Shown piece by piece: positions 9,731 through 20,830 of a stretch of DNA of 64,000 bases (positions are counted from its first letter, which is position 1; each line of letters starts with the position of its first letter). The notes under the pieces are model-generated. The model was not told the origin of the DNA, did no database searches, and worked only from the letters and a program-made list of their open reading frames with translations. The DNA comes from Escherichia coli. Lineage in GTDB: Bacteria > Pseudomonadota > Gammaproteobacteria > Enterobacterales > Enterobacteriaceae. The stretch is taken from NCBI RefSeq assembly GCF_051903065.1, contig NZ_CP178439.1; one strand, 5' to 3'. The position numbers and the translations under genes are program-made.

Positions 9731-12412
9731 ATGGAAGCTATCAATAATTACAATAGCGGTTTAAATCGCCATCAATTAGGTGGGTTTATCCCTGTTTACG
9801 ATCAATTAGCAGGGACTCACTATTTTTTGATTGATGGCAACAGATTAGGGTTTATGTTTATCTGTAATCCATCACCTGGAGTTTTTGATAATCAGCAAGA
9901 TGTTCTTGCTGAAATGTTCAAAATGGATTTTCCTACAGATACTGTCTGTCAAATATCTCTGACTGCATTGCCAGACTTGACTTTACAGCTTAGTGCTTGG
10001 TCAGCTGTGCGAGGTGGGCGTATGACTGGGAACGATAAGCTTAAAGCAGATCTGCTTAATGGTTATCAGTTGGACTACTACGACAGAAGTATGCATAAGC
10101 CTTTAAAACCTGATCATGATAACCTTATGTTGAGGGATTTTCAGGTATGGATCTCGCTATCGATTCCTTTACAGTCTGCCCTTCCTACCGAGCTGGAACA
10201 TTCGCGTATCGATTCACTTTACTCTGAACTTGTAAGTAAGTTAATTACGATTGGACTGCATCCGTTTAAGGTCGATGCAGAAAACTGGCTCTATTGTATA
10301 GATAAGGTCGTAAACCCCGGAAAGAACTCTCGGTGGGCTGAAGGTTTTATAGACGTTAACACTATGAAAAGGCTTAATGAACAAGTTAACGTTCCCGGCC
10401 GAAAGTATACAGTCACAGAAAATCATTTCTCATCAGTCACACAAAGTGACGACGAATCTGAGCATCGTTACTTCAAACAACTTTCCGTTGTAAAGTTTCC
10501 TGAATACGTCAATTTCGGTTGTATGTATGAGTTAGTAGTTAACTGGATGCATGGACGTAAGACAATTTTCAGCCCATTTATGATCACTCAGACTGTTCAG
10601 TTTGCCGATCCGCTCAAGTTGTCAAAAGAAAACGTCCGCTACAAAGCAATCACTAATAAACAGGCAAGTATACCTTCAGTTGTCACATTCTGCCCTCGCC
10701 TGCGGGATATGGATAATGACTACATGGCCGTAACTCGCGAGCTTGAGGATGGCGCAAAGCTTTTAAGAGGGTATCTTACTTTCACTGTTATGGGTAGTAA
10801 TGCCAATTCTGTGCAGACAGCAGCTAACGATCTCAAATCCTTTTACCTCGAAAGCCGGGTCAAAGTAGCAGATGATTCCTTTATCGTTTTCCCGTCATTT
10901 ATGTCATGTCTGCCAATGTGCAATGACCCAAAGACAATTTTCGACCTTGACCGTTCCGAAGTAGTGAGCAACACCGGAGCGGCTCATATGACGCCGATCT
11001 TTGGGCCCTGGAAAGGTAATACAGATAGACCAGTACTGAGTTTAGTTTCTCGTGAAGGTCAACTCATGGGACTTGATATTTTCAAGACTTCTGCAAGCTA
11101 TAACATGGTTATTGGTGCAACGTCAGGTGCAGGCAAGTCATTCTGGACAGCATATCTAATCAATAACTATCTTGGAGCTGGACCGCGATCTAATAACCTC
11201 GTTCATTATCGCTCAACATTTAAGCATTTTTTAGAAAACGAATACCCAGATGATGATCCTGATGGTGCTCAAGTTTTTGTAGTGGACGTGGGGCGTTCTT
11301 ACCAGGGGATTGCGGAACAATATACAAACAGTCAATTTATTGATTTCGGTAAAACCCCTGACTTCACCCTAAATCCCTTTGCCTTCCTAACTGACATCAC
11401 TGTTAACGACGATGTATTTAACGAAGCACCTGAATTTACCGGTGAATCAACTTCAAACGATGCAGAAAAAGACAAAGTTGCTCAGACCATAATGGTTCTG
11501 AATCAGCTAAAAATTATGGCTTCAGAGAAAGGCCTTATCGATGATTATCAACAATCAGTGATGCTTCAGCTTATTGCAGAAGAGTACCAGGAATCCAGAA
11601 AATCAGGTCGGACCGGTTCAATAACCGGCTTTGCTCTGCGTTGCAAGAAGCATGAAGACAAACGTATAAAGGATATTGGGGAGCAACTCGGAGCATGGTG
11701 CGAAGGTGGAATTTATGGGCACCGGTTTACCGATACGTTGCCTCCAATCAACTTCGACAGCAGATTTATTGTTTTGGAACTGGAGGAGCTAAAAGGCACC
11801 CCCCACCTTCAGACAGTTGTTTTAATGTCTATCATTCAGGCTGCTCAGCATGCAATGTTCATCAAAAAAGATGGGCGTCGTCGCTTGTTCATCCTAGATG
11901 AAGCTTGGGAGTACATTCGTCCTGATAATTCATCAGGTGCCGGAAATCAATCAAACCAATTCTTCTCTTCCTTCCTCGAAGCGGCATGGCGTAGGTTCAG
12001 GAAAACAAACTGCGCTGGCATCTGTATCACACAGTCGTTTGAAGATTATTTTACTTCTTCTGTTGGCCGGGCCCTGACTGCTAACTCGCCTTGGAAGATA
12101 ATCATGAAACAAGAAAAAGAAAGCATTGAAGCAATGAAGGCTAATAAATATTTTTCTACTTCAGATGCAGAATATGAACGAATGAAAAATATTCGTACAG
12201 TCAAAAAGGTGTTTTCAGAGATGTTAGTCAGGTTCGAAAACTTCCAAGAGATCTGTCGGTTATACGTAGACCGGAAAATGGAGCTTTGTTTTACTACGGA
12301 TAGTGCTGACAGGAGTAAATTATGGGAAATTCAAAGCCGCGAGAATTGTAGCTATGGCGAGGCAATAGAAATTCTCTATGCTCAAGAAGTAGCAGCGGGT
12401 TTGGCCGCGTAG
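9731..12412 (+). CDS. trhC: TraC-like (VirB4 family) conjugative ATPase
   Basis: 893 aa; Walker A GATSGAGKS; Walker B-like LFILDEAWE; size and position typical of F-type TraC. Confidence 0.85.
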   Translation: MEAINNYNSGLNRHQLGGFIPVYDQLAGTHYFLIDGNRLGFMFICNPSPGVFDNQQDVLAEMFKMDFPTDTVCQISLTALPDLTLQLSAWSAVRGGRMTGNDKLKADLLNGYQLDYYDRSMHKPLKPDHDNLMLRDFQVWISLSIPLQSALPTELEHSRIDSLYSELVSKLITIGLHPFKVDAENWLYCIDKVVNPGKNSRWAEGFIDVNTMKRLNEQVNVPGRKYTVTENHFSSVTQSDDESEHRYFKQLSVVKFPEYVNFGCMYELVVNWMHGRKTIFSPFMITQTVQFADPLKLSKENVRYKAITNKQASIPSVVTFCPRLRDMDNDYMAVTRELEDGAKLLRGYLTFTVMGSNANSVQTAANDLKSFYLESRVKVADDSFIVFPSFMSCLPMCNDPKTIFDLDRSEVVSNTGAAHMTPIFGPWKGNTDRPVLSLVSREGQLMGLDIFKTSASYNMVIGATSGAGKSFWTAYLINNYLGAGPRSNNLVHYRSTFKHFLENEYPDDDPDGAQVFVVDVGRSYQGIAEQYTNSQFIDFGKTPDFTLNPFAFLTDITVNDDVFNEAPEFTGESTSNDAEKDKVAQTIMVLNQLKIMASEKGLIDDYQQSVMLQLIAEEYQESRKSGRTGSITGFALRCKKHEDKRIKDIGEQLGAWCEGGIYGHRFTDTLPPINFDSRFIVLELEELKGTPHLQTVVLMSIIQAAQHAMFIKKDGRRRLFILDEAWEYIRPDNSSGAGNQSNQFFSSFLEAAWRRFRKTNCAGICITQSFEDYFTSSVGRALTANSPWKIIMKQEKESIEAMKANKYFSTSDAEYERMKNIRTVKKVFSEMLVRFENFQEICRLYVDRKMELCFTTDSADRSKLWEIQSRENCSYGEAIEILYAQEVAAGLAA

Positions 12413-12442
12413 AGTAAATATCTTCAAGCAAAAACAATTAAA

Positions 12443-12471
12443 CCAGATGTCTCATAAGAATCTGGTTTTTT
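12443..12471 (+). terminator. Hairpin plus T-run after trhC
   Basis: CCAGATgtctcataagaATCTGG followed by TTTTTT. Confidence 0.5.
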
Positions 12472-12829
12472 ATTGTATGCCTTAAGTAAACAAATGAGGT
12501 TATGACTTAATGAGTTCATCACTGTGCTGCAAATTTTGGTTTTATAATTAATATGGCTTAAAAACAGTGACATAATTACAAATCGCATTTAGGTTGTGTA
12601 CGCATTAAGTAAACAAAATTTATAACATCAATACTGACTTTATAAGATGAAATTCACGTAAATTACATTTTTGTTTACCAAAGGTAATCAAAGGAGCGCG
12701 GCATTATTAGTGAAAACAGATCACTGGTGTCATATTGCATACAAAACTTAATATCCTTTAATCATTCTTCTAAAAGTTTAATATTAACGCTTTGGTTTAT
12801 GAAAATTTATCCAATTTGCTCACCGAAGA

Positions 12830-15800
12830 CTTTTAACTTATTTAACCCCCTTTATCGCCAATCTGTGATTTTCTAATGTTAGCCTACAGTTCTAGGGCCC
12901 TTGCTCCCATGATGCGAATCCTTCCACCTAATAAAGATTAACGCCTCATTCCTGTATGCCGGTCTTACGACGCCAGTGCTCGGGCTATTTTCGGTCCTAA
13001 CAAGACCTGGCGAGAGATTTAATCAGGGCGTGGTGTGACTGAGCAGCAGCTGGGGCACTGTTATCCGCTTGCAGATTTAACCCCCTTAATCGCCAAACTG
13101 GGGTACTGTCCTGATGCTGGCCTTCAGTTCTGGGCTGGGTGGCTATCACTTCCTCCCATAATGCGAAATGTAACTGCTGATACAGATTAACGTCATATTC
13201 CTGCGTGCCGGTCTGCCAACACCAGTGCACGGGCTTTTTTCGGTCATCACATTACCGGGCAGGAGATTTTATCAGGGCGTGGTGTGACTGAGCAGAAGCT
13301 GGGGCACTGTCAGCAGCTTGCAGATTTAACCCCCTTAATCGCCACACTGGGATTCTGGTCTGATATTGACCTTCCGTTCTGGGCGGGGTTCGGTTTGCTA
13401 ACACTTACTCCCATGATACGAAATGTGCCTGCTGATACAGATTAAAATCACATTACTGCATACCGGTCTGCCGACACCGGTGCATGGGCGATTTCCGACG
13501 ATCTCAAGAACATATGGGAGATTATATCAGGGAGAGTAGTATGCCTGAGCAGCATCTGAAGGCACTGTCAGCCGCTGTCAGATTTAACCCCCTTAATCGC
13601 CAAACTGGTGTTCTGTCCTCATGCAGGCCTTCAGTTCTGAGCTGGGTTGCTATCACTTGCTCCCATAATGCGAAATGTACCTGCTGATACAAATTAACGT
13701 CGTATTCCTGTATGCCGGTCTGCCGACACCAGTGCTCGGGCTATTTTCGGTCCTAACAAGACCTGGCGAGAGATTTAATCAGGGCGTGGTGTGACTGAGC
13801 AGCAGCTGGGGCACTGTTATCCGCTTGCAGATTTAACCCCCTTAATCGCCAAACTGGGGTACTGTCCTGATGCTGGCCTTCAGTTCTGGGCTGGGTGGCT
13901 ATCACTTCCTCCCATAATGCGAAATGTAACTGCTGATACAGATTAACGTCATATTCCTGCGTGCCGGTCTGCCAACACCAGTGCACGGGCTTTTTTCGGT
14001 CATCACATTACCGGGCAGGAGATTTTATCAGGGCGTGGTGTGACTGAGCAGAAGCTGGGGCACTGTCAGCAGCTTGCAGATTTAACCCCCTTAATCGCCA
14101 CACTGGGATTCTGGTCTGATATTGACCTTCCGTTCTGGGCGGGGTTCGGTTTGCTAACACTTACTCCCATGATACGAAATGTGCCTGCTGATACAGATTA
14201 AAATCACATTACTGCATACCGGTCTGCCGACACCGGTGCATGGGCGATTTCCGACGATCTCAAGAACATATGGGAGATTATATCAGGGAGAGTAGTATGC
14301 CTGAGCAGCATCTGAAGGCACTGTCAGCCGCTGTCAGATTTAACCCCCTTAATCGCCAAACTGGTGTTCTGTCCTCATGCAGGCCTTCAGTTCTGAGCTG
14401 GGTTGCTATCACTTGCTCCCATAATGCGAAATGTACCTGCTGATACAAATTAACGTCGTATTCCTGTATGCCGGTCTGCCGACACCAGTGCTCGGGCTAT
14501 TTTCGGTCCTAACAAGACCTGGCGAGAGATTTAATCAGGGCGTGGTGTGACTGAGCAGCAGCTGGGGCACTGTTATCCGCTTGCAGATTTAACCCCCTTA
14601 ATCGCCACACTGGGGTTCAGTCCTGATAGTGTCCTTCCGTCCTGGGCTCGGTTGCTAACACTTGCTCCCATTGCGCCTGCTGATACAGATTAAAGTCACA
14701 TTACTGCATACCGATCTGCCGACTCCGGTGCATGGCTTTTTCCGATAATCACAAGGACGGACGGGTGATTTTATCTTTGCATAGTATGTCTGAGCAGCAT
14801 CAGAAGGCTCTGTCAGCCACTGGCAGATTTAACCCCCTTAATCTCCAAACTGGGATCAGTCCTGATAGTGTCCTTCCGTCCTGGGCAGGGTTGCTAACAC
14901 TTGCTCCCATGATACGAAATGCGCCAGCTGATACAGATTAACGTCTCATTACTCCATGCCGGTCTGCCGAAACTGGTGCATAGCTTTTTTCGATATTCGC
15001 ATGAACAGACGCTTGATTTTTTCAGGTTGTAATATACCTGAGCAGCATCTGAAGGCACTTTCAGTCTCTGTCAGATTTAACCCCCTTAATCGCCAATCTG
15101 GGATTTTCTGATGTTAACCTACAGTTCAAGGCCCTTGCTCCCATGATGCGAACCTTGCAACCTGATAAAGATTTAAGCCTCATTCCTGTATGCCGGTCTT
15201 ACGACTCTAGTGCACGGGGACTATTTTCGGTCATAATAAGACCTGGCGGGAGATTTAATCAGGCGTGGTGTGACTGAGCAGAAGCTGGGGCACTGTCAGC
15301 CGCTGGCAGATTAAAACCCTTTATTCGCCATCTCAAGACGTCATTATGGGTAGTCCTTTTAACTTTCTAAGGACCATTAAGCTTAAACTCCGTTTAGAGA
15401 ATGACGTAAGATTTAGGCTAAGCAGGTTAAGTGATCCCCGCTCCCGGGTTGAACACTTTATTCATCGTACGAGCGAAAGATTGTCCTTCGGGAAATATTT
15501 CTTATACACCGCTCGGGCACTTACAGCCACTGGCGGATTTAACCCCCTTAATCGCCAAACTGGGGTACTGTCCTGATGCTGGCCTTCAGTTCTGGGCTGG
15601 GTGGCTATCACTTGCTCCCCTAATGCGAAATGTGTCTGTTGATACAGATTAACGTCATTTTCCTGCGTGCCGGTCTGCCGACACCAGTGCACGGCCTTTT
15701 TTCGGTCATTACATTACCGGGCAGGAGATTTTATCAGGGCGTGGTGTTACTGAGCAGGAGCTGGGGCACTATCAGCAGCTTGCATATTTAACTCCCTTAA

Positions 15801-16410
15801 TCGCCAAACTGGTGTTCTGTCCTCATGCTGGCCTTCAGTTCTGGGCTGGGTTGCTATCTCTTGCTCCCATAATGCGAAATGTATCTGCTGATACAGATTA
15901 ACGTCATATTCCTGTATGCCGGTCTGCCGACACCAGTGCTTGGGCTATTTTCGGTCATAACAAGACCTGGCGAGAGATTTACTCAGGGCGTGGTGTGACT
16001 GAGCAGCAGCTGGGGCACTGTCATCCGCTTGCAAATTTAACCCCCTTAATCGCCAAACTTGGGTTTTGTCCTGATGCTGGCCTTCCGTTCTGGGCGGGGT
16101 TGCTATCACTTGCTCCCATCATGCGAAAAGTGCCTGCTGATACAGATTAACGTCATATTCCTTCATGCCGGTCTGCCGACACAAATGCACGGGCTTTTTT
16201 CGGTCCTTACAATACCGGGCAGGAGATTTAATCAGGGCGTGGTGTGACTGAGCAGCAGCTAGGACACTGTCAGCCGCTGGCAGATTTAACCCCCTTAATC
16301 GCCACACTGGGGTTGCCTCCTGAAGTTGGGTTTCAGTTCTGGGCTAGGTTGCTAACTCTGCTCCCATAATTCGTAGTGGGCCTACTCAAGAGATTAACAC
16401 CTCATATCTT
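12830..16410. repeat. Tandem array of about 15 units of about 249 bp, including a near-identical 756-bp (three-unit) duplication
   Basis: Anchor CAGATTTAACCCCCTTAATCGCCA recurs at about 12836, 13072, 13321, 13579, 13828, 14077, 14335, 14584, 14824, 15072, 15306, 15534, 15782, 16032 and 16281; track ORF pairs 12997..13230 / 13753..13986 and 13484..13687 / 14240..14443 are identical. Confidence 0.9.
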
Positions 16411-16711
16411 TAGACTGGACTGACGACAACGATTCACAGTTAGGAAACGTAAATCAGCACACCGGTGAGATAGATTTTAGGGTCTAAGCAAGAAATAGGG
16501 TAGGCGTGAAGATTCATTAATGGAGCTCATAACGTCAAAGCGTAGAGAAGTCGACAAGAATCGTGGTTTAAAAAGAATGAGCATTAGGTATGGACTAGAG
16601 AGTCTGAGCTCTCATCTGCAAGTTAAGCTCACAAAAAATCATAAAAAAGTAAACAAACATTAGCTTAGGATTGAAACAAAGGATAGAATTGTACGTATAA
16701 CAATGAAATGG

Positions 16712-16749
16712 ACGCATTATGCGTAAAGTTTACATATATGCGTAAAAGT
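16712..16749. promoter_or_regulatory. Palindrome ACGCATTATGCGT and nearby ATGCGTAAA half-site upstream of parA; candidate operator
   Basis: Perfect 13-bp palindrome about 55 bp before the parA start; type I ParA proteins with N-terminal extensions autoregulate at such sites. Confidence 0.3.
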
Positions 16750-16777
16750 CGGTTTTCAGTGCAAAAAGGTCATAACC

Positions 16778-18031
16778 ATGAATTTACTTGAAAAGATCGC
16801 CCTCGTTGGTCAGCGCATGAAAAGCGAGCAGATTTCTCTTAAGGAATCTCTGATGGCTTCATCAAGAGTATCTGTTTCTGATGATAGTGTTGATGGTGTT
16901 GATAGACTGATCTACAACCACTGTTTAAATAAAAAAAATCTCTCTGATTTTTTTGGGAAGTCACGAGTAACGTTCAATAAAATACTTTCGGACTTAGAAG
17001 AAAAAGAACTTGTTGGTGCACCTATTTATCAAAACAAAAATCATCTTTACACCCGCTGGGATGTTCAAAAAATAATGGATGCCCTGGGTTATCCCAAGTA
17101 CCGCGATCATTACTTTAGCAGAGCTATTGTTACTCAGAATCATAAAGGCGGTACAGGGAAAAGCACTACATCTGTAGCTTTAGCAGTAGCAGCTGCTTTA
17201 GATCTACAACTGAATGCACGTGTATTAATGATCGAATGGGACCCACAAGGTTCGATTGGAAGCAGCATGATTCAAAGTGTCTCAGAAGATGATGTCTTCC
17301 TTACAGCAATTGATGCAATCCTTGGAATTTATGAAGAAAATTCTGAGTATAAAAAATATTTAGATTCAGGATTCTCTGAAGAAGAAATCATCACTAATAT
17401 GCCTTTTTCAACGCATCTGCCAAACTTGGACGTGATAACGGCATTTCCGACAGATGCTCGTTTTAAAGATAAATACTGGCAATGTTCTAGAGAAGAACGA
17501 ACGTCTTTGTTACTACGTTTCAAGGAAGTTATCTTACCGGTACTGAAGCAGAACTATGATTTGATTATTATAGACACTCCACCTGAAGATTCACCTTTGA
17601 TCTGGGCTGCTGACGAAGCGGCCGATGGGATTCTTGTCGCAGTGTCACCACGTGAATATGATTACGCCTCTACTACAGACTTCATGCTTACAATAAGTGA
17701 AAGGTTTAAACAATCACCAAGTAAGGGCGATAATTTAAAATGGTTCAAAGTTCTTGCTGTCAATGTTGATGACAAAAGTCCATATGAAAGAATAGTTTTG
17801 GATAAATTAATCAGAACTGTTCAGGACCTTTTGATGTCCGCTAACATAAAAAATTCTGAAGCATTTAAGGCAGCTGCTTCCAAAGGGCGTACAGTGCTTG
17901 ATATCAAAAAATCAGAGGAACTTTGTTCCGCAAAGCAACTTGATGTCGCAGAAGAATCTGTATTACAGGTATATCAACAATTTATAAATGAAATAAAAAG
18001 TTTTTCAGCTAAGCAAGGAGTTAACGCATGA
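16778..18031 (+). CDS. parA: Partition ATPase ParA (type Ia, Walker type with N-terminal extension)
   Basis: 417 aa; deviant Walker A KGGTGKSTT; long N-terminal region typical of SopA/P1 ParA-type proteins. Confidence 0.85.
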   Translation: MNLLEKIALVGQRMKSEQISLKESLMASSRVSVSDDSVDGVDRLIYNHCLNKKNLSDFFGKSRVTFNKILSDLEEKELVGAPIYQNKNHLYTRWDVQKIMDALGYPKYRDHYFSRAIVTQNHKGGTGKSTTSVALAVAAALDLQLNARVLMIEWDPQGSIGSSMIQSVSEDDVFLTAIDAILGIYEENSEYKKYLDSGFSEEEIITNMPFSTHLPNLDVITAFPTDARFKDKYWQCSREERTSLLLRFKEVILPVLKQNYDLIIIDTPPEDSPLIWAADEAADGILVAVSPREYDYASTTDFMLTISERFKQSPSKGDNLKWFKVLAVNVDDKSPYERIVLDKLIRTVQDLLMSANIKNSEAFKAAASKGRTVLDIKKSEELCSAKQLDVAEESVLQVYQQFINEIKSFSAKQGVNA

Positions 18032-19032
18032 GCGATGAGCAACATATCGGGAATGATAAATCTCGATATTTAAACGCACCAAAGCGGACAGAAGTCGGTC
18101 ACCGTTCAGGTCTTGCGGGTTTGAAAACAGCACCTCGCATAAAAAAGTTATTCACTCTTCATAAGGGCCGAAGACTTGAAGCGGAACATGTGATTGTTCC
18201 AGCCCAGAGAGTGGAGAAGGAGACCTTAGTCCATCCAGCAAACCCACGAAATCAAGAAGCCCTTACAGATTATTCTGTTAGAGATATTCTTAAGCAGATT
18301 GAAGAAAGAGGGGTCGATACCGAAGGGATCGCTGTAAAAAGAGATGGGGTTTATTTATTAATAGAAGGAAGTCGCAGACGTTTCTGCTGTATAAAGGCAG
18401 AAAAGGATCTCCCCCTGTGGGTACTACCGGATGAACTAACCGAAGATGATATAAATTCAATTATATCCGCAGCACAAACATCTCGAAAATTTTCATATAG
18501 AGAAGTTGGGTTTCAATTTATCAAGAAAATGGAAGAAAAGGGATTTTCTACTAATGAAGAACTCGCAGCATATCTTGGGATTAGTCATGTATCGGTAGCC
18601 AAAAGAATCCAGGCGGCCCGTATTGACGAAACATTGATCTCTTTATTCCCGGATTATGAAGGAATACCGAACTCCTATTATAGTCGCTTGTCTCGTTTAC
18701 AGAAATATGTGCAAAAAAATCTATTTCCTTTAGATGAAGTAATAGATAATGTTAAAGAGGAAACAAAAGATTTAGACATTGGAGATCTCCAAGTTGCCCA
18801 AAAAGTTGTAATGGAGAAAATCACACAAGCTGTGGAAAGTGTTTGTGAAAAATCTTATTCCACAAAATGGGAAACAAGTGATCTTATTACTTTTGATAAC
18901 AAAGATAAGTATGCAAGAATCAGTAAAAACAATACTGGAAGAAAAATTCGCATTGAATTCAATAGGATAAGTGCGGGTTTTATTAAGGAGCTAGAGGAGT
19001 TCATAAAAGAAAAATTAAAAGTATCAGAATAA
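18028..19032 (+). CDS. parB: Partition protein ParB
   Basis: 334 aa, translationally coupled to parA (4-bp overlap); ParB-like GSRRRF box. Confidence 0.7.
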   Translation: MSDEQHIGNDKSRYLNAPKRTEVGHRSGLAGLKTAPRIKKLFTLHKGRRLEAEHVIVPAQRVEKETLVHPANPRNQEALTDYSVRDILKQIEERGVDTEGIAVKRDGVYLLIEGSRRRFCCIKAEKDLPLWVLPDELTEDDINSIISAAQTSRKFSYREVGFQFIKKMEEKGFSTNEELAAYLGISHVSVAKRIQAARIDETLISLFPDYEGIPNSYYSRLSRLQKYVQKNLFPLDEVIDNVKEETKDLDIGDLQVAQKVVMEKITQAVESVCEKSYSTKWETSDLITFDNKDKYARISKNNTGRKIRIEFNRISAGFIKELEEFIKEKLKVSE

Positions 19033-19037
19033 ATATT

Positions 19038-19062
19038 GAACTGCATCTTTATGATGCAGTTC
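19038..19062. terminator. Hairpin between the convergent parB and the minus-strand operon
   Basis: GAACTGCATCtttatGATGCAGTTC inverted repeat. Confidence 0.35.
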
Positions 19063-19093
19063 ATATGATTTATATTTTTAATTTCTTGTTATA

Positions 19094-19483
19094 TTAATAT
19101 GGGGTGTGCGCAGGTTCAGACATATAAGGTCTTAGTTCTATATGAACAGAAGCGCCATTCCCATCATTTACTACGTTTAAAGGTGCTTTGCCCGGCAATG
19201 ACATAGTTGCAACGTCAGGTCCAGAAACAGCAAAATTATTTTCTGCTGAAGGCATTACTGTAAAAATCTTTATAGCAACATTTTCATGTCTAAATAAAGA
19301 AATCCCAAAAGTAGAACCAGCTTCGGTATTGCTCACGTCCACAACCACAGGGGTTTTTCCTAGATATTCATTAGTTAGTATGTTTTTTACTAATGCCCCT
19401 TCCGGGACAGTATAGATACGGTATGGATATGCTAAAACTGAGTGACAAAAACATAATAAAATAACAATTAATGTTTTTTTCAT
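19094..19483 (-). CDS. Small exported protein, unknown function
   Basis: 129 aa with signal peptide MKKTLIVILLCFCHSVLA; last gene of a four-gene minus-strand operon. Confidence 0.55.
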   Translation of the reverse strand: MKKTLIVILLCFCHSVLAYPYRIYTVPEGALVKNILTNEYLGKTPVVVDVSNTEAGSTFGISLFRHENVAIKIFTVMPSAENNFAVSGPDVATMSLPGKAPLNVVNDGNGASVHIELRPYMSEPAHTPY

Positions 19484-20001
19484 AGATTATCCTCATTCAA
19501 AAATAAAAGATATAACTCTTGAAAATCGTGGTTATTAATTAGGTCCGCTTTTCCGGGAAAATCGTAACTAACAGAAAATAAAAGAGAAAGAGAATCTTTT
19601 CCTTTTGCTTTGGGAGAGATTCTGCTAAAAGCACGGTTAATAAACATAAGTTGATCTTCATTGTTGAAGCAAAGTCCAAGCATTCCAACCGTAGGAACTA
19701 CGAATGTGCTTACGCTGCCTGGGGGCAAAAGTTGCTTACTACGGGCATTGTAAGCACAACGACTACCACCTAGCGTTAGGCCTGAAAGCTCAATAAAACT
19801 TCTGGTTCCATTCTTGGCGACAAGCCAAACATCAGTTCCTGAACTTTCGACACGTAAAGTAACTTTTCCGTCAGTAAAGGCCTCACTTTTATTGTATAGA
19901 ATAGGGTCAAAACCAACTGTCGGGAGTTCTTCGATTTTACTTTCTACTGACTGACAACCAGTCAGTAATGCAAACAATAAAAGTGTGATAACTTTAATCA
20001 T
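19480..20001 (-). CDS. Lipoprotein, unknown function
   Basis: 173 aa; lipobox LTGC; 4-bp overlaps with both neighbours. Confidence 0.6.
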   Translation of the reverse strand: MIKVITLLLFALLTGCQSVESKIEELPTVGFDPILYNKSEAFTDGKVTLRVESSGTDVWLVAKNGTRSFIELSGLTLGGSRCAYNARSKQLLPPGSVSTFVVPTVGMLGLCFNNEDQLMFINRAFSRISPKAKGKDSLSLLFSVSYDFPGKADLINNHDFQELYLLFLNEDNL

Positions 20002-20830
20002 CCCGCTTCCTTAGATTGTTTTTGGCGCTGGTTATAAAAGATAATGATTCACCGGGGTAGAGAATTGTTTCTTTCGTCCAATAACCATAACCACCGAGGA
20101 TATCTTTTCTTTTCTCAATATAAACCGGTTCAGAAAATTCTAAATGTTGATATTTCGGAAGAGATAAGATTTTATATTTTACTTGTCCAACTAAGAGGTA
20201 ATTCTTCTCTTTAGGATTGATGGTTACTGAATTACCAACACTTTGAGGTATGTTAAGTTTTTTTATATTTAGATCAGAATCGTCAGGAACGGACACTTGA
20301 TCATTAGATGTCTTTCCGGGAAGAGTAAACCCTTTATCCTGATCCGGTCCAAAGATGGCAATTACATCTTTGTTGTTTCTTGTGATCGAAACGATAGCCT
20401 GAAGGGGCGTATTAGCAAGGTCATTTATAAACGATATAGTTATACTTGATTTAGGCTCGACCCAAACAATGCTTTTTCCGGATGTGCCTTCGCTTAATGC
20501 AATTTTTTCATTTAGTAAGATTTTATTTTTGGCAATGATATTATACTCAAGTTTCGGTATCACCATAAAAAGTGATTCTTTATTTGAAACATTCATGATT
20601 TCTAAGAAATTGGTTTTGGTCATGCTGGTCTTTAGAACAGGCCTATATTTACCATTTATAAACCACCTTCCGTTTATAAGCTCCGCTTTAGCAGATATAA
20701 GTGAATCACTTTTCTGAGCGGCAGAAGAAAAAGCATCTTTTCTTTGCTCTTTCTCTTGATGTGGTGCAGCTGCTGCGTGAAGATGCAAAAGTAATGTTGA
20801 AATTGAGATAATCTTCCATTTTATCTTCAT
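19994..20830 (-). CDS. Exported protein, unknown function
   Basis: 278 aa with an N-terminal signal peptide; coupled to neighbours. Confidence 0.55.
   Translation of the reverse strand: MKIKWKIISISTLLLHLHAAAAPHQEKEQRKDAFSSAAQKSDSLISAKAELINGRWFINGKYRPVLKTSMTKTNFLEIMNVSNKESLFMVIPKLEYNIIAKNKILLNEKIALSEGTSGKSIVWVEPKSSITISFINDLANTPLQAIVSITRNNKDVIAIFGPDQDKGFTLPGKTSNDQVSVPDDSDLNIKKLNIPQSVGNSVTINPKEKNYLLVGQVKYKILSLPKYQHLEFSEPVYIEKRKDILGGYGYWTKETILYPGESLSFITSAKNNLRKRDD

Noticed and set aside
12997-14443. Pairs of identical 77-aa and 67-aa ORFs (plus further 60-76-aa ORFs) inside the tandem repeat array
   Set aside because: Their identity is a by-product of the 756-bp duplication; no RBS, low-complexity translations, both strands. 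Treated as non-coding repeat DNA.
12830-16410. Possible CRISPR array
   Set aside because: Units are about 249 bp with no short unique spacers between short repeats; not CRISPR architecture.
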